Source: Chrysomallon squamiferum
Taxonomy: Eukaryota; Animalia; Mollusca
Direction of reading: 5' to 3'
DNA: 64,000 nucleotides
NCBI GenBank assembly: GCA_012295275.1
Contig: CM022675.1
Span: 16,864,001 to 16,928,000, forward strand
Below are positions 12,201-25,400 of the stretch, piece after piece. A program made the position numbers and the translations under genes. Each line of letters opens with the position of its first letter. The stretch's first letter is position 1. The notes under the pieces were generated by a model, which was not told where the DNA came from, made no database searches, and saw nothing but the letters and a program-made list of their open reading frames with translations.

Positions 12201-15200
12201 TACAAAAAGGCAGAATTCGAAACCAAATTAATCTTTGTTAATGGTATTTTTTTAAATTATTTATTTAAATTTTTTTTTGTGATGAACAGGGGAGGAACAA
12301 AAAAAGAAAATTAAACATTTCCTAATAACAAACATCCAAAAAAGTTGTAGTTGTTAAGTCAGCTTATTCAAAAAATTTCTCCAAATAAGGAGGAAAGATA
12401 GATTCAAAATATTTATTTAAAACTATTTTGGTTTTGAACTCCAGTGGAAGCCTTGATTATTGTAATTGTTGGACTATTTTTCAGCAGCTAAATTTGAAAT
12501 ACTGATATAGTGGATTTTCTGGTTGTTTTTTCCTCTGTACATTAATTTATGACATGTAAAAAAAACAAATCTAATAAATAAAGCAATAAGCACATATTTC
12601 AAATGTTAAAAGTTGAAAACATTTCATTAAGTCTAATTTAAATTTAATGTTGGATAACAATTTAAACTTTTAAAAATCATAAAAAATAAATATTTCATTT
12701 ATTTGGAACAAAATTATTTATGTAAAAAAATTATTCATCTTTTTAAATGTTAGACTTGTCTGTTTCATTAATGGTTTAACCTGTTAGGATAGGGCTGGGC
12801 AAGAAGCCCAGCCAGAGATAAACATGCACCCATAAATATCCAAGATCCAGAAGAGTATCCTCCCAACCAAGAGGAGAAGCTAACAAGCAATTAGTTTCTT
12901 AGATCCAGTTAATTGTTTTTATCATGTTTTTAGTAAAATGCATACTTCTGTTTATTTGATGTCATTGGCTGTTGATTTATATAAACTGATTGAGATGCTG
13001 TTGTCAGAACAGAGGGAAACACCCAACTTGGTATGGAGCCTTTTGCTTGTTCATTTTAATGATTCAAACACAACCAACTACTTTTTGTTTTTTAATAATT
13101 TAATTCTGGGATTTTTGTTCCACTGTTATAGATGTCTTGCTCTGCTAATGGAGGAAAATGGACAAAAATAAATTTTGTTTTCAGACCTGTTATACAATGT
13201 TTGTTGTGTTTGTAGTGTTTGTAGTGTTTTGTAGCCTTGTTGGTCCCAATACTTTACAGACATTTCTGGTTTGAGTGGAAAGGTATGCTTCCATTTCTTG
13301 CTTATGGTGGGCTTCTTGCCCCACTCTGCCTAATATGTTTATCCATTTTATGCATCAGTTTTAGCAATCAAAGAAAATACTTGGCTTTTTCCATAAAAAC
13401 AATAACTGATTCTACTGATCATGAAATTATATTTTTAATTTGTCATGCCCATAAGTTTCATAATTCAATGTTAGAAAATGTATTTTTTTCCAAAACCATT
13501 TTTGAAAATTATATATAATTAGTATGGCTCTATTTTTTAAAATCTTAATTTGTTTTACACTTATATTTCAGAAAAAGAAACTGATTATAAGCTTGTAATT
13601 CTCTGCTCCTCAGAGAATGAATACCAAGCTCGTCTAGTTGCAGCCCTAGACTGCCACCGTCGCCAGCCTCCAATGATCAGAGTAACTGAAATAAAGAAGT
13701 ACCTGACTGAACAGTTCACAGAAATCCATGTCAACAGCAACATGAAATCTGCTTCCCATATTGATTTCTCAAAGTGAGTAATTAATCTAATTTAATATTT
13801 TCTACAATGGTAAATAATATTATACTCTGTGATATATTCTAGTCTGTGTTTTTGGTTTGGTTTCTTTGCTAGATGATCTTTGAAGCTTCATAAGCTATAC
13901 ATTTTTTATTATTCTTTATAAACACATCAGTTGTATAAATCATTTGGAGTACTTAGACTAGCTGGCACATGACAGTAATTATTGAAAGGTGTTCAGAGAA
14001 AAACAAAAAGAAATGTTTGTATGTTCAAGACATGTAGATCCTTACTTTTACTTGCCTGAATGGAAAAGTAAACTAAAATCTAATGAAATTGACCAGATAT
14101 TTAATAAAGTTTGATCAGACTTTTAATTTAATTGAAATGCTTCAGGGAGTTTTATTTTTATACAGTTTACAGGAATACTGTATGTTTGTTTGTTTTTCCT
14201 TTTCAGTAAATTCTATTTGAAAACTCCCATGTTGTTTTGGTACTGAATAACAATATGATAAATTAGGTCGCACATAGTTCAAAAGCTGGGAATATACTGA
14301 AGTATATACACTTTTATATATTCATAACATTGTTATTCAGTACCAAAATAATACAAAATTATACCCAGGCAGAAATTTAGTTTGCCAAATTATTCTCTTT
14401 TAATTTCCTTTCAGTATTATGCTATTTCTAAACTCTTAATTCAGAAAATTCTTAAAACGTATACTATTCAACTTTCTAACTGAACATTCTGAGTTTATTT
14501 TTCAACAAAAATTAAAAACATTATTCTTTTTACTTTTCTTTTTTTGAAAATGATGCATTCACAGAAGCATATGAACAGAATTAACACCAACAGTTTTCTT
14601 TTCTATTTCATTTCATTTCTTGTAATTGAGAAATTATTTTTTTTAAGTACAGAATCTTATTAAGAAAATAATTATTTCTATTTAACCATTTTTAGTTCCA
14701 CTGTTCGTGTTGTGAAATCCAAAAGAGCTGGTGTTGGCAAAACATTGTACAAAAAACGCAGAGTGGAAGATCTAAAAACACTAAATCCTGAACTGACTTC
14801 AGATGATATATCTGTGTCTATTTCTCTGTATGAGAAGACTGTTGAAATGAACAGAGTTGCAAACAAACTGTTACCCTACACGCTGAAACCTGGAGCATCC
14901 TTTCCAAGAATATTTCATTTGAACATATCATATGAGGTATAAATAAATAATGTGATTTAACAGCTATAATACTTTAACACTAAATTCTGTAAAAACAAGT
15001 TATTCAATAATAAAATTATGTTTGGTCATTCTTCATCAACACTTTTCAAAAAATAATTCTACACCTAGTAGGATTACATAAAATATTTTTGGAATTATCA
15101 AACCATCAACTAACCAATTTCCAACATTTCCAAAATACTTAAAAACAGCTTGGGTCATCTTTGTAATAATTATATATATTTTTTTTAATAAACTTGGAGT

Positions 15201-18200
15201 CTTATTTTACAATTTATAGATGATTGTTCAAGAGGATCAAACTGTGGCTGGTTGACACTAAACCAGATACAAATAATTATAGATATAGATGTAGATGTAG
15301 ATGTAGATGTAGATGTAGATGTAGATGTAGATGTAGATGTAGATGTAGATATAGATTATAGATATAGATGTTTAGTACTGGATACATTTTTAGAACTTAA
15401 ATTAGTCTTCATTATTACATAATTTATATATGCTAAATTGTTTGAGAATAGCAAGGCCTTTGAGATGTTACAGTTAACTAAAATTAATTTAGTATAATTA
15501 ACAAAATAGACACAGTGGCCTTCAGTTTAGTGCCTACAGTTATTAACAAATACTGACAGAAGTAGCTAGATAACTGAAAAGTAATACTACAAAATTATCA
15601 AGTAAAAGGAGAGAATATTTGGAAGTCACTGATAAAATTTGTAAACAAAAATATATCATCATGCTTAATTTTAATCAAAAATGTATATTGATTGATGCAA
15701 TATTCTTGAGGACAAAGTAAATATTTTTTCACTATTTACTTTGTCAAGCTTTTTCATACTTCTGTATTATAGTAAATAATTATATATTTTATTATTCTCA
15801 TTACAGCATACTGCATATTGTTTGTGTTAAATTGTTTCTATTGCTGAGAACATAAACTCAGGTTTTACAGTCCATATATCAGAATTAAGATTTGTTTCCT
15901 ATTTGTTTTTTAGGTCCAGGAAGGCCTGGATTATCTTTTATTCAACCTACTGATTTTGGGGAAAGTGACAAATGAAAAAGGACATATCTGGTTGCGCTCT
16001 GCTATGGATTTTTATTTGGTTGAGATTATTCCTATTTCAGAACTAAAAAATCAGAGAGTAAATATCCTTTTTTTTTTTTGTTTAAAGAATCCATATTTTA
16101 CTATTTAATCAGCTGGCTTTTGACATTTGTGGAGGTGTGTGTTTAATTGCATACTTTTTTTTTCATTTACCAAGTTTATATATATATCAGTCTGGTAACT
16201 TGGTAAATGAAAAAAAAGGTTATGTTTAAGATCAAAATACTATTATTGTGATAATGTAGTGTTATTATGTTTTAATTGAGGAAAATATCATTTTCATTAA
16301 TTAAAGTGGACCTGAACTATGGTTTCAGTAGACTGTTTGGTTAGTTTTTTCTACTTTTTAATAAAATTTTAAAACAGCTTGTGAGTGAGCAAGGAGAATC
16401 ACTTTTGTTTCTCTACAACGAAATGTTTAAACCTGGATAGATTTAGTAATAAAAGAGAAAGTTTCAAATCATGTGAGCTTGATAATTTATAGAGTTGTTT
16501 ACCAAATAATAAATAAAATAATTATAATTTGTAAGTTACGAACCATTCATTTGTACCAAAAGAGATTCACTTTCAAATAGAAATTTACTAACATTTAAGA
16601 CATATATTGTTATATAGCACTGATTTCTTAGATTAATCATTGGTTTTAACCAAAAATACAACTTATGACATTTGATTTTGTTACGTCAAAGTATTTTTAA
16701 TATTACTTCAGTAAATGACTAGACGTTAACACAAAAATGTGTAACACTAGTATATAATATTTATTTCAATTTTCTTAGGGAAGTCATTTGATTCATCCTA
16801 TTTTGGACATTCTGCCCTGCGTGGCATGTTGGTCTCCAGAAGACAGTCTGTCAATACTAAAAGGAAACAATCCTCAGGGTTTGTATAATACAAAACCAGT
16901 TTACCATGTGTTATATTAGTGTCTTGTTCCATTTTGGATTGTAAATACATGCAGTTGTTTAGAAAATTCCATGAAATATTTTATTTTTCATTTTTGTTTT
17001 GGTTTATCTTTAAAAGAATTACCACAACAGTTTTACTGCACGGTTAATTAAGGTGCTTATTTCATTGCATTTTGGTCAGAAAATTTATTTAATGAACAAA
17101 ATTATATTACTGTTTTCAAAGTTGCCTACAGTCTCTGTATTTATTAAGAATTGTAAAAATTAAGTGATACAGTTTTTCTTTGATTTGGTTAATTCTTCAA
17201 GCACCCACTAACAGATTCTTTCATATATGTGTGTGTGTGTATGTCTGCAAGTAAATTTCTCAGAAACTGTGTGTTGTGCAATGCTTTCTCAGAATAACTG
17301 CCACAATATTTTGTAATAGTAAAAAGAAAAATTAAGCTACAGGATTACATTATGGAGTGAGCTTAATATTTACGATGAATTTTCCAATGATTTTAATTAA
17401 TTGAAAAATTCTTCAGTGAAATTACCAGTGTATAAACTATCATGGAATAATGCATCTGATATGTAAATGAAAGGTAATTTTTCTTTTATTTTCTTTTAAT
17501 TGTTTTTCTTCAAAAAACAAAATTAAAAAAAATAAATAAAATAAAATATTTACTAAAACAAGTGACTACATCTGAAATTTAAAATAAAGATATATTTTAT
17601 TTAGATTATGAGAAGAATGACTTGTTGTTTGATCTGGATGAGTTCAAAAGTGATGTGTATCAGCGACCATACCAGTATTTATTCAGATGGGAAGATAATT
17701 CAAGTTTTAGTGATATCAATCCTTCAACACCACAAGGAGAACCAGCTCATTGTCTGGAAATACTTCTAAAGTTAATAGTCATTTTAAATTGCATGTATTT
17801 TACTTTGTCAGTTATCAACTGATGAAACAAAATAATGCTTGTCAAAATATCAATAATAACTATGTATGGCATTATTCTAAGACAGCTGTAGAAAATGATT
17901 TCCTGTAACAATGTCCATTACTTTGCTGAATTATTTACTACCATGAAAGAGAAATTTGTTTTTATTTTGGATTAACCTTTTTCTAAAGTTTTATTTAAAG
18001 AGTATTAATAATGTTCTGCAGAAACTTTGGATTTGATTTACTTCTACAGGAAATATAATATTTGAATTTATATCTGTAGCTTTAAAATTTATTTTTTAGA
18101 CACTGTGGAGTGCCTGATCCATCATGGGCAGAACTTCATCACTTTGTCTGGTTTCTGAACACACAGTTGTGTGACTTTGAACGATCAGATTTCTGTTCTC

Positions 18201-19368
18201 CAGAACTGCAGGATGATCTTCCAGGATTCTCACAGTTTGTTCTCCGTTTTCTGATTCAGATGTCAAGAGTGAGTAAATCATTAGACTGTATAATGCTAAA
18301 GGTATTATGGTTTAGGTGTCATCCTTAGAAAGCCTTTGAATAACCTTCCTTTTTGATACTTCTATGTGCTTTGTTTAATACATTTAAGAAATATGTCAAA
18401 CACTGTTGTATTTTAGCTATATTCCTGTAACATCATGTTCAAATAATTCATAGGATTTTGCTACTCGGTCACTGAACATGAGTGAAGAAACACCAATACA
18501 AGATCTGATACGTCTGAAACCTGAAGAAGATGTTATTTCTCAGTTCCAGATGAGAAGAACCTGGGAAAGCAGGTTTGTATTCCAGATATTGTTTTTTATA
18601 ACTGTAATACTTTAAGACAACTGAATCAGTTTTATCACATTTAATCTCACTGTTATTTTTCTTTTTATCTATTTTTCATTTGTTGTATATTTTAATTATT
18701 AATACATTTCTGAAATGTGTTGTGTGTAATTCAAATAACTTTACATTTTTACAGCCCTCATCCATATATTTTTTTCAATCCTGATGGACAAACAATGACT
18801 TTCTTGGGATTTAACATCGACAGAAACACAGGCAATCTCATAGACCAACAAACAGGGAAAGTGTTAGAACAAGGAATTATGCCAAAGAATCTTCAAGATC
18901 GTCTCATCAGAAACAGAGTTCCCCTGAATGAAAATTTTGATCAACTTGATAGGTTAGTTCAGTGATGAACTGAAATAAAACTTTTATATGTACATTTTAA
19001 AAATCTTAGAAATAAGTAATATATCCAGATTGGATTAAGAAATCATCTTCTTAATTTTTAACTGATAATTGTATGCTTGTTATTTTAGATTGCACCGCTT
19101 GGAGAAACTCTGCAGTGTTATGCCAGGAGTTGAATATTTCTATGACCCAGACCAAACATATGAACTGACAACTGATAATGTCAAAAAGATTCTTGCTATT
19201 TTCATGAGGTTCAGGTAATAAACAATGTTGTAAGATGATGATGATAATAATAATAATACTACTTTAAATATAGTAAGGTACCTAACAATAGCAACGACAA
19301 CAACAACAATAACAATAACAATAACAATTACTATTACTATTATTATTACTATTACTATTACTATTATT

Positions 19369-19412
<44 letters not shown>

Positions 19413-22400
19413 CGTCATCATCATTGTTATTGTTATTGTAATATTCAGATGCAATATTCCTGTGCTAATCATGGGTGAAACAGGATGTGGAAAAACCAGG
19501 CTGGTAAAGTTTTTGTGTTCACTACAAGTTCCTCCAGGAGGTGAAGTTGAAAACATGGTGATCATGAAGGTTTGAATTATTTGAATTATTTAATTTAAAT
19601 CAGCAACTTAACCTAGTGAAAATTAAGACATTTATCTTGCTGATATTTCAAAAAGGTTTTATATCTGTTTTTCATGTGAAAGATGTGATTGTCATGTATC
19701 TTTAGAAACTGTTTTTAATATTAATACATCCTGAAGTCAGAAAGAATGAATAATTGAAGTTTGAAAATTAAGTTGCAGCACCAATTTTTCCTTTACCCTA
19801 GCGTGATTTTTATAAGAAATGTTTATTGCACTGTGTATAATCCTTTGTTATTCATATTTTACCTTTCTTTCATTTTTTACATATATTTTTCATTTCTTTT
19901 TAATGATAATTGTTAATGTGATATAATTTGGTGGAATATAGTAATCATGGTGAAGTGATAGATAGATAGATAGAAAGACAGACAGACAGACAGACAGACA
20001 GATGGGTAGATAGATAGACAGACAGGCAGATAGATAATGAAATTTGTTTTATGAAATTAGATGAAAACCATAATTGATTATATACATTTAAAAAAAACAA
20101 TAAATAAATAAATAAATAAATGTAGTAATTATTTTTTAAATGTAGATTTATTTGTTGCACTGTACAGGCTTTTCTACCAAATATATTTAACAAGACGCTC
20201 CTTGAATAATTCACAAAATAGGTCCATGGTGGTACCACTGCAGACGACATCATCAACAAAGTCTGCGAAGCGGAAACGTTGGCACAACACAATGAACACA
20301 TCTACACTGTTCTGTTCTTTGATGAGGCCAACACAACAGAAGCTATTGGTTTAATCAAGGAAATCATGTGTGATGGAACAATGGATGGTCAGCCATTACA
20401 TCTGTCAGAGAAACTGAAACTAGTAGCTGCGTGCAATCCATACAGGAAGTATGTAAAACATAAAATTATTAAATTTTAAAGAAAGTAACACAAATTCTAT
20501 TTTAACCCTAAAGTTTGTATAATTGTATAACAGGATTTTAAAAATTTTGCTTCTTTCATTTGTCTGGTTAATTATTAATGTACATTTAAATGATCTCTTT
20601 CTTTCTAATATTTTGGGAATTTAGCGGGATGTTTTTTCAAAATTACTGCTATTACTATTTCTTTTTAAATCATTCTGTTGCTGATAAGTGTTGAAAGTAG
20701 ACCTGGAATAGTTTCATTTTCCATTTAATGTCAAAAAGAATTTTTTTTAAATAAAATAAAATAAATAATATATTCAAGAAACTTTTATGTCATAAAAAAA
20801 TTAACTGCCAAAGTAGATACAAGTTGAAATATACTGATAATGTAAATAAAATAAAATAAACATATAAAAATAAAAAATTTAAGAAAAAGTCATTAAAACT
20901 TAAGTCTGTATTTTTTTTTTATTAATTTTTGTTTTTTTTAGACATTCTGATGAACTGATACAGAGACTTGAAAAAGCTGGTCTAGGTTATCATGTAGATG
21001 CAGAAAAAACAACTGACAGGCTTGGTAACAATTTCATAATGATTACTTTTCACATTAAGAATTTACATATTTTAGAGAATGATATATATCTATGGTGAAC
21101 AGAAATGACTGGCAATTAGAGATAATTTGATACATAATATTTTAGATTTTTTCTTCAACATTTTATTTGCTTTTAAGTAAATGATAAAATTTATAGGTCG
21201 TGTTCCAATGCGGCGACTTGTTTACCGGGTCCAGCCACTGCCACAGAGCATGCTGCCACTTGTCTGGGACTTTGGACAACTGAGCACAAGTGTAGAAGAA
21301 CTCTACATAAGACAAATGGTGAATCGTTATGTAAGCATTCAGTTAATATACAAATTATTTTATTTAATAAATTATCTTATTTTGTTTTGTATTAAATTTA
21401 AGTGCTGAATCATCTGTAAAAGTAATAACAAAGAATCCATTTATTTACACTTTCTTTCAAATAGGTTAATGATGACATGCTGCCACCATCCCCTAGACTT
21501 GTTCAAGTTGTCAGCAGAATATTAATAGAGTCTCAAAATTTCATGAGGGATCAGAAGGTGAAATAATATATCTATTGAACTTAATAATGTTAGGTATTTT
21601 AGTAAATGATCTTATGTACATTATTTTCTAATTCCTTGAATAATTATTTGAAAAGTAAAATTTGATCAGTATTTCAGAAATTTGATTGAAGTTTCCATAT
21701 AAAATTAGATTTAAAAACCCCCCAAAACTATATATATATATATATATATATATTATTTTTATTCAGCTGCAGTCAGGTTTTATCCAAAAAATAAAAGGGT
21801 TAAATAATTATATATCCTGATAAGTTTCACTTGTACATTGTTGTGTAAATAAATATATGCCCATAAATGATAACATTATATATGTATTAATTTACAGTCT
21901 TCATTGTTAACATTTTTCCATTTATTTACACAACAATGTACAAGTGAAACCTATCAGGATATATAATTATTTACATGAATACTGCCAAACCCTATATTTT
22001 ATGGATAAAACCGGACTGCAGCTGACTAAACTAATAACCTAGAACCCCCTGGGGACATACTGACTGTCCTCATCATACAGTACGTGGCTCATCAGTGCCA
22101 CCTGGTATGCATGGTTGGCTGCTTGTACCCCTCCTGGCCTTTAAATCAGAGAGTGGGTTAGAGCCAAGGATCCCAATTTGTAACTGCAAAATTTGCATGT
22201 AGGTATAATTTGTTTTCAGCCCTGAATATATCTACATTACTGACCTGCCCCCTCAGCAGTTTCTAGGTGGGCTGAACAACTCCCCTCAGCAGTTTCTAGG
22301 TGGGCTGAACAACTCCCCTCAGCAGTTTCTAGGTGGGCTGAACAACTCCCCTCAGCCACAAAGGTGGAGTGCATTCCTCTGGCAGACACCAGTGAATCCT

Positions 22401-25400
22401 TTGATAATAACCTGTTACCCTACAGTTCCATAGGACATTCTATTACATTAATGTTTTCCATAGTTAGTTCTGTGTACATCTGAAAGAAAAGAAAATTTAT
22501 GATTATTGTAGGATGAATGCAGCTTTGTAAGCCTGCGAGATGTTGAGCGAGTCCTCAAGGTTATGTCATGGTTTTATCAGCAATCTCAGGACAACAGAAT
22601 ATTGTTTGACATGATGGAAAAAGGTGAAAACCTGAAAGATGGAACTTGGATACCTGAAAAGAAGGACAGAGCCTCAGTAGCTGATGAGGAAGATGAAATT
22701 CAAAATTCAAATGTATGATTTAGTTAGTTTTGAAATAAAGGCAAAAAATGAATATCTAATAAGATTATGATGTTATATTTCCACATGATACAAGTCTTTT
22801 GGTTATTGTCTTTCTTTTCAGTGGCCTGATGATCTGACAATGTCACTAATCTTGGCTCTTGGTGTCTGTTACCGAGCTTCTTTGAGAAGCAGAGAAGATT
22901 ATGATGAACATGTAACACAGTTTTTTCAAAATCCTTGCAATCTTCCTTATGGAGTGGAGCAGTTTGTTGGAGTGATAACAAGGTAAGTATATCAGGATGT
23001 TACAGAAAACAATTTAAAACCAGCTAAACAAATTTTTATTATAAAGCTGGTAAGTCATTCATTTAAATGAGTATAATGTGAAAGGAAAACTACTTTATAA
23101 CATTCATTTTTTAATAACAAAATCGCAAAATTTGTTAATTGCCATAAGAAAGTCTGATAAAACTTGCAGAACAAAAAATGTGTCAAAATAGGTACTCCAA
23201 AGTGAATTTTTATTATAACCCCCCAGCAAAAAAAAGAAAAGAAAAAAGGAATGTTATTTCAAGAAAGTTTTTTTATTTTATTTTTCAATCCAGTGATGCC
23301 AATAACATGTTTTAAGTTAATTAGGAACAAAGTTTATGAAGTTTCATTTCCAGCTATGTTTTTGCATAAAGTATCAAAACTAAAACACTTTTCTGCAAAC
23401 TTTTGTGTAACATAAAGTAACATGCATTGTAATGAGGAAATATTTTGGATGGAAATACTTTTCTCAGTGTTGTCAGTATTGTTGTGTTTTTATTGTCAGT
23501 TGTTTATTTCATATTTTTTCATTTATTAAATAAATAGCTACAAGATAATTTACTACAGAGTATAGAACGTGAGATAAATAATTTGTCCTGTTATTATTTC
23601 ATCTTCTCCCTTATTTTCCACAACTCATTTAAATGAAAATAAAATAATAATAATTTTATAAAATCTGCTATATATATATATATATATATATTTTTTTATC
23701 TCAACTGACAGATGTCAAAATGTTTTCCTTGAGAATGTTCAACTTGAAGACAATATTGCTAAGAACCAAGCTCTAAAAGAAAACCTGTTCATGATGATCA
23801 TATGCATAGAGTTACGCATTCCATTGTTTCTTGTTGGCAAACCTGGCAGCTCAAAATCGCTGGCAAAAACTATTGTTTCTGATGCAATGCAAGGCAATTC
23901 TGCTAGAACTGAACTTTTTAAAAGCTTGAAGCAAGTAAGTTTTTATACTGACTGTTTCTATTTGGTTACTTTTTCAAAATTTCTATTAAGTAATAATCTA
24001 TTTAACTAATAAATATTTTCTTTCAAAAGAAGATATTGTAACACACAATTTTTGATATATATCTCATTCTGAATTATTATTTTAACTGTCCTAATAATAG
24101 TTTTAAAATTTCCATTATTATTTATTTACATAATTGTTATTTTTTCTTTTTTAGGTTCAAATGGTTTCATTCCAATGTAGTCCTTTGTCTACTGCAGAAG
24201 GTATCTTGGGAACTTTCCGACAGTGTGCTCAGTTTCAGAAAGACAAAGATCTGGACAGATTTGTGTCTGTTGTTGTGTTGGATGAAGTGGGACTGGCAGA
24301 AGATTCGCTCCGCATGCCTCTCAAGGTAATTTTCTTAATTCAGTATAATTAAAACTTCGTTCTTCAGTTTTCTGATAAAACTGATGAAAAAGCTTAACTT
24401 ACTATTTATCAGCATTGAGTCTGAAGAACACAGTAACAAATCAGAAATTAGGATATAATTAAAAATTATATTTGTTATATTATTATTATGAAATGACTAA
24501 ATTTAAATAAACTTCCTCAGTCTGTTATATTTATGTATACTAACAGTGAAACTGAATATATTATTACAATGATTCTTTTAATCAAAATTATTTCAGCATA
24601 AAACTGTCTTAACTTTATAATTTAAATATTATGGTGAGAGTTTTTTTAAATAAAGGTAAATTGTTCACACAACAGAATCATTCTTGAAATTAAATGTGTA
24701 AAATTTTGGATCTGACAGTGTGTAGAAGAAATAAGTACAAGTTCTTAAAATTATTTTAATAAATCTTCTTTGACATGATGACAATTGTTAAAAATCTGCC
24801 AGTAACTCCAGAGACAGTTGGATACATTTCATTAGTAATTTTTCTTTAATTTTTTTTTTTAACCATTCCTAGGTGATGCATTTGTCTGAGCTTTTACCAT
24901 TATTTTCATATTATTTTGTGATTGTAACTGAACTGCATATTAGAAGAATTTATTCAGCAATCAAAACAAATGTCTGTCTTAACAACATTTTTAAATTTCA
25001 GATCTTCCTAAACTATATTTGTTAAGTTTTGCATTTTTATTATAAATTAATTTTATTTCATTGAATCTGTATTTTGACAAACACAATTCAGTTCATTTAT
25101 AAAATATTAATTGTCTGTTCCTTGAATGCTTTTCTTTTTTCTCTAGTTTCTCTTTTTGCTATTTGAAATTTTATTCTGGCTACACTGACTATTTACAACT
25201 AATTTATTTTAACATTCTGTTGTGAGGCAAAAAACCATTTATGGCTATTAAAGTTGTTATTATATAATACTTTATTTTTTTATCTTAACTGTAAAGTATA
25301 AAGCAGTAATACCACAGAAATGTAGAGAAGTTAAATGTTGTAAGAAATTATAATAGATAAAAAGAACTTGCTAAAAATGACTGTATACTGGGTATCTGCT

